From Elusimicrobiota bacterium (GTDB lineage Bacteria; Elusimicrobiota; Elusimicrobia; UBA1565), in the NCBI GenBank assembly GCA_043819795.1, contig JBDREN010000222.1, positions 1 through 64,000 on the forward strand: a DNA stretch of 64,000 bases, read 5' to 3'. The notes beneath the pieces were generated by a model. That model did not search any database, was not told where the DNA came from, and saw only the letters and a list, made by a program, of their open reading frames with translations. The position numbers and the translations under genes are program-made. Of the stretch, positions 61,244 to 64,000 are shown piece by piece; position 1 is the stretch's first letter, and each line of letters opens with the position of its first letter.

Positions 61244-61355
61244 TAGAACTTCCTCCTTACCTTTTATGTTCCTAATTCTTTCTCCACGGTACCGTGCATG
61301 CCCCTGGCGGGACGGCCGGTACGGCTTTCGTCATTCCGTCGGCGGAAAGCCACGC

Positions 61356-62576
61356 TCACTTCTGTGCGGCGGCGCCGGTCGCATGACCGTGCATCTTGAC
61401 CTCGACCTTCTCCGTCAAGCCGGCATAGTAGGCGCGCAGGATCTCAAGCACCTCGGGCCGGCTGAACTCCTTGGGAACGTCCCCGCCCTCGGAGAGGGAC
61501 TTGCGGAGAGCCGTTCCGCTCAAGAACAGCCGGTCCTTCTTGTCGTGGGGGCAGGTCTTCATGGAGGCCATCCCGCCGCACGCGTAGCACCAGAACGTCC
61601 AGTCGATGGGCAGCATCTTGCACAGCAGGGCGCCGTCCCACAGGTTGTGGTAGGCATCCTGGGCGTCGAACGGGCCGTAGTAGTTGCCCACGCCCGCGTG
61701 GTCGCGCCCGATGATCATGTGCGTGCAGCCGAAGTTCTGGCGGAACACGCCGTGCAGCAGGCCCTCGCGCGGTCCGGCGTAGCGCATGTCGAGAGGATAG
61801 CCGCCGGTGATGACCCGGTTCTTGTCGAAATAGTTCTCGACCAGAGTATTGATGCACTTGACCCTGACGTCGGCCGGGATGTCGCCGGGCTTGAGCCCGC
61901 CGACCAGCTGGTGGATGTAGATCCCATCGCTGACCTCGGTGGCGATCTTCGCGAGGTACTCGTGCGAGCGGTGCATCGGGTTGCGCAGCTGCAGGGCGGC
62001 GATCGTCTTCCAGCCCTTCTCCTCGAACATCTTGCGGCTGTCGGACGGGCGCTGGTAGAGGCCCTGGAACTTCTCGGGGAAGTAGCTCTCCGAGAGGACC
62101 TGGACGGTGCCGGCGATGTTGAACTCTTTCTGGGCCATCACCATCTTCACGCCGGGGTGCTCCTTGTCGTTCGTCGTGAAGACGTTCTTGCACTCGAAGT
62201 CCTTGTCGATCTTGTAGGACTCGGTGACCTTCATGATGGCCATCGTCTCGTTGGTCTCGTCGGACACCAGCGCGATCTCGGTCCCCGCCGCGATCTGCTC
62301 GTCGTGGGACATGGTGATCGGGATCGGCCAGAAGACGCCGTTGGTCAACTTCATTCCTTCGCACACGCTCTTCCAATCGTCGTGGCCCATAAAGCCGTCG
62401 AGGGGCGTGAACCCGCCGATGCCCAGCATGATGAGGTCACCGGTCTCGCGAGACGTGATGACGACCTTTTTGAGCGTCTCGGCCTTCTTTAGAGCCTCTT
62501 CCCGCTGATTTCCTTCCAGGAGGAGGACTTTGAGCGTATCACTGCCGTGAGGGGAGATCAATGTCGATTTAGGCAT
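61356..62576 (-). CDS. sat: Sulfate adenylyltransferase (ATP sulfurylase)
   Basis: [57 protein letters not shown]. Confidence 0.98.
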   Translation of the reverse strand: MPKSTLISPHGSDTLKVLLLEGNQREEALKKAETLKKVVITSRETGDLIMLGIGGFTPLDGFMGHDDWKSVCEGMKLTNGVFWPIPITMSHDEQIAAGTEIALVSDETNETMAIMKVTESYKIDKDFECKNVFTTNDKEHPGVKMVMAQKEFNIAGTVQVLSESYFPEKFQGLYQRPSDSRKMFEEKGWKTIAALQLRNPMHRSHEYLAKIATEVSDGIYIHQLVGGLKPGDIPADVRVKCINTLVENYFDKNRVITGGYPLDMRYAGPREGLLHGVFRQNFGCTHMIIGRDHAGVGNYYGPFDAQDAYHNLWDGALLCKMLPIDWTFWCYACGGMASMKTCPHDKKDRLFLSGTALRKSLSEGGDVPKEFSRPEVLEILRAYYAGLTEKVEVKMHGHATGAAAQK

Positions 62577-62699
62577 CTTACCTTCCTTAGTTACGAGTCT
62601 TTGCGACCCGACGATGGGACCCTGGAGACGGATTCCGGCGAGGGGTTGCCCGGTCGTTTACGTTCACATAGATTTAATCAATTCCCCGGCCTCCGGGAA

Positions 62700-62736
62700 T
62701 TGATTAAGATCAATAAAGTTCGTTGACTCAGATCAA
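62700..62736. promoter_or_regulatory. Two tandem FNR/Crp-family-type boxes between sat and sulP
   Basis: TTGAT-TAAG-ATCAA (62700-62713, perfect) and TTGAC-TCAG-ATCAA (62723-62736, 9/10). Confidence 0.75.
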
Positions 62737-62967
62737 TAGGGGGAAACGCCTATATGGGCGGGACGGCTTCGCCGAAAATCGCGCGGCACCCCGGAGGCCG
62801 GCTTGTTTTTCTGGGGCGGTTTATTGGTATTCTGGCCAAGCCGCCTTTGCTCGTGGCGGCCGCGCGCAAAGGCGGTCTCGGATCGTCCGCTCTCGTCCGC
62901 TCTCGGATAGTACACGAACCCGAGAAATGATAAGATTCCCCCGGTTTTTAGTGAGCGCTTCCGTCGT

Positions 62968-64000
62968 ATGAACCGGGGAAACAATACCCTCATACGCGTC
63001 TTCCCTTTCGTGGGCTGGTTCAAGGGCTACACCCTGTCCCATCTCCGCGCCGATTTCATCTCCGGGATCACCGTGGCGCTGGTGCTCATCCCCCAGTCCA
63101 TGGCCTACGCCCAGCTGGCCGGATTGCCCGCCTACTACGGCCTTTTCGCGGCCTTCCTGCCGCCCATGATCGCGTCCCTCTTCGGCTCCAGCCGCCAGCT
63201 CGCCACCGGCCCGGTGGCCGTGGTCTCCCTGATGACCGCGACCGCCTTGGAGCCTTTCGCCACAGCCGGCGGCGAATCCTTCATCGCCTACGCCATGCTC
63301 TTGGCGCTCTTGGTCGGGGCCTTCCAGTTCAGCCTGGGGGTCCTGCGGCTCGGACTGGTGGTGAACTTCCTCTCCCATCCGGTCGTCAACGGCTTCACCA
63401 ACGCCGCTGCCCTTATCATCGCCTCATCGCAGCTTTCGAAGCTCTTCGGCGTGTACGTCGACAAGGCGGAGCATCATTACGAGACCGTGATCAACGTCGT
63501 GAAGGCGGCCTGGGATTACACCCATTGGCCCACCCTGGCGATCGCGATCCTCGCCTTCGTGATCCTGGTGGGCCTCAAGCGGCTCAATCCCCGGATTCCC
63601 AACGTGCTGGTGGTGGTGGTCATCACCACCGTCTTGTCATGGACGATAGGGTTCGAGAAGAACCACAAGGCGCCGGTCGAGGCCATCGAATCCACGGAGG
63701 TGAGGGAGACCATCAAGGAGTTTGACACGTCCCTGGTGGACTACGAAAAGCTGAGCGAGGAACGAGTGGGATTGGTGGCGAGGACCAAGAAGGCGGAGAA
63801 GAAGCTCGGACCGCTTTCCGCGGAGGTCATGACCCTCCATCACGAGCGGAATCTCCTCAACCTCCGGATCACGGAGCTGAAGGAGACCATCCGGGTCGAC
63901 CGGTCCAAGCTGCGGGCGCTCCGGTTCCACGCGGCGCAAGAGCCGGGCGGAGGACTGATGTTCTATCTCCCGGGCCTCGTCCCGGAGGGAATGCGGCGCG
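62968..64000 (+). CDS. sulP: SulP/SLC26 family sulfate permease, 3' end beyond window
   Basis: Not in the ORF track (no stop in window). Manual translation: FPFVGWFKGY...RADFISGITVALVLIPQSMAYAQLAGLP.YYGL...FGSSRQLATGPVAVVSLM...NFLSHPVVNGFTNAAA. Confidence 0.93.
   Translation, partial: MNRGNNTLIRVFPFVGWFKGYTLSHLRADFISGITVALVLIPQSMAYAQLAGLPAYYGLFAAFLPPMIASLFGSSRQLATGPVAVVSLMTATALEPFATAGGESFIAYAMLLALLVGAFQFSLGVLRLGLVVNFLSHPVVNGFTNAAALIIASSQLSKLFGVYVDKAEHHYETVINVVKAAWDYTHWPTLAIAILAFVILVGLKRLNPRIPNVLVVVVITTVLSWTIGFEKNHKAPVEAIESTEVRETIKEFDTSLVDYEKLSEERVGLVARTKKAEKKLGPLSAEVMTLHHERNLLNLRITELKETIRVDRSKLRALRFHAAQEPGGGLMFYLPGLVPEGMRR

Overview
High-GC bacterial chromosomal segment with no rRNA, tRNA, CRISPR array, integrase or transposase that I can support. 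1-24 kb is housekeeping and stress genes: SRAP fragment, YtrA-type GntR plus ABC exporter, peptide ABC importer, Dabb, PLP trans-sulfuration enzyme, YjbQ, hspR-like gene with clpB, macrodomain, HEAT-repeat protein, K+ channel, PolX, MsrBA and a DUF362/polyferredoxin pair. 37.9-64 kb is a compact dissimilatory sulfate-reduction supercluster: qmoCAB-dsrABDNLCTMKJOP-sirC-cobA/hemD-osmC on +, converging on sat-aprBA plus two Cys-rich genes on -, with a divergent SulP transporter truncated by the window end. Two FNR/Crp-type boxes lie between sat and sulP. The most unusual part is the ~11 kb block at 25.9-37.0 kb, directly upstream of qmo/dsr. It holds three paralogous HTH + 7Cys/1His + degenerate-receiver regulators and two extra DsrM/DsrK-like pairs. 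In one pair the membrane subunit keeps only two of four heme-ligand His and the DsrK/HmcF-like subunit is fused to an intact receiver domain. The block also has two non-canonical DsrC-family proteins with complementary cysteine loss (a tandem CysB-only protein and a CysA-only protein), a degenerate macrodomain, and a soluble Cys-motif PAS-PAS histidine kinase with a stand-alone receiver. I infer a candidate sulfur/redox-sensing signalling system built from Dsr parts. All calls come from reading motifs and gene context by eye; no database searches were run and host taxonomy is not established.
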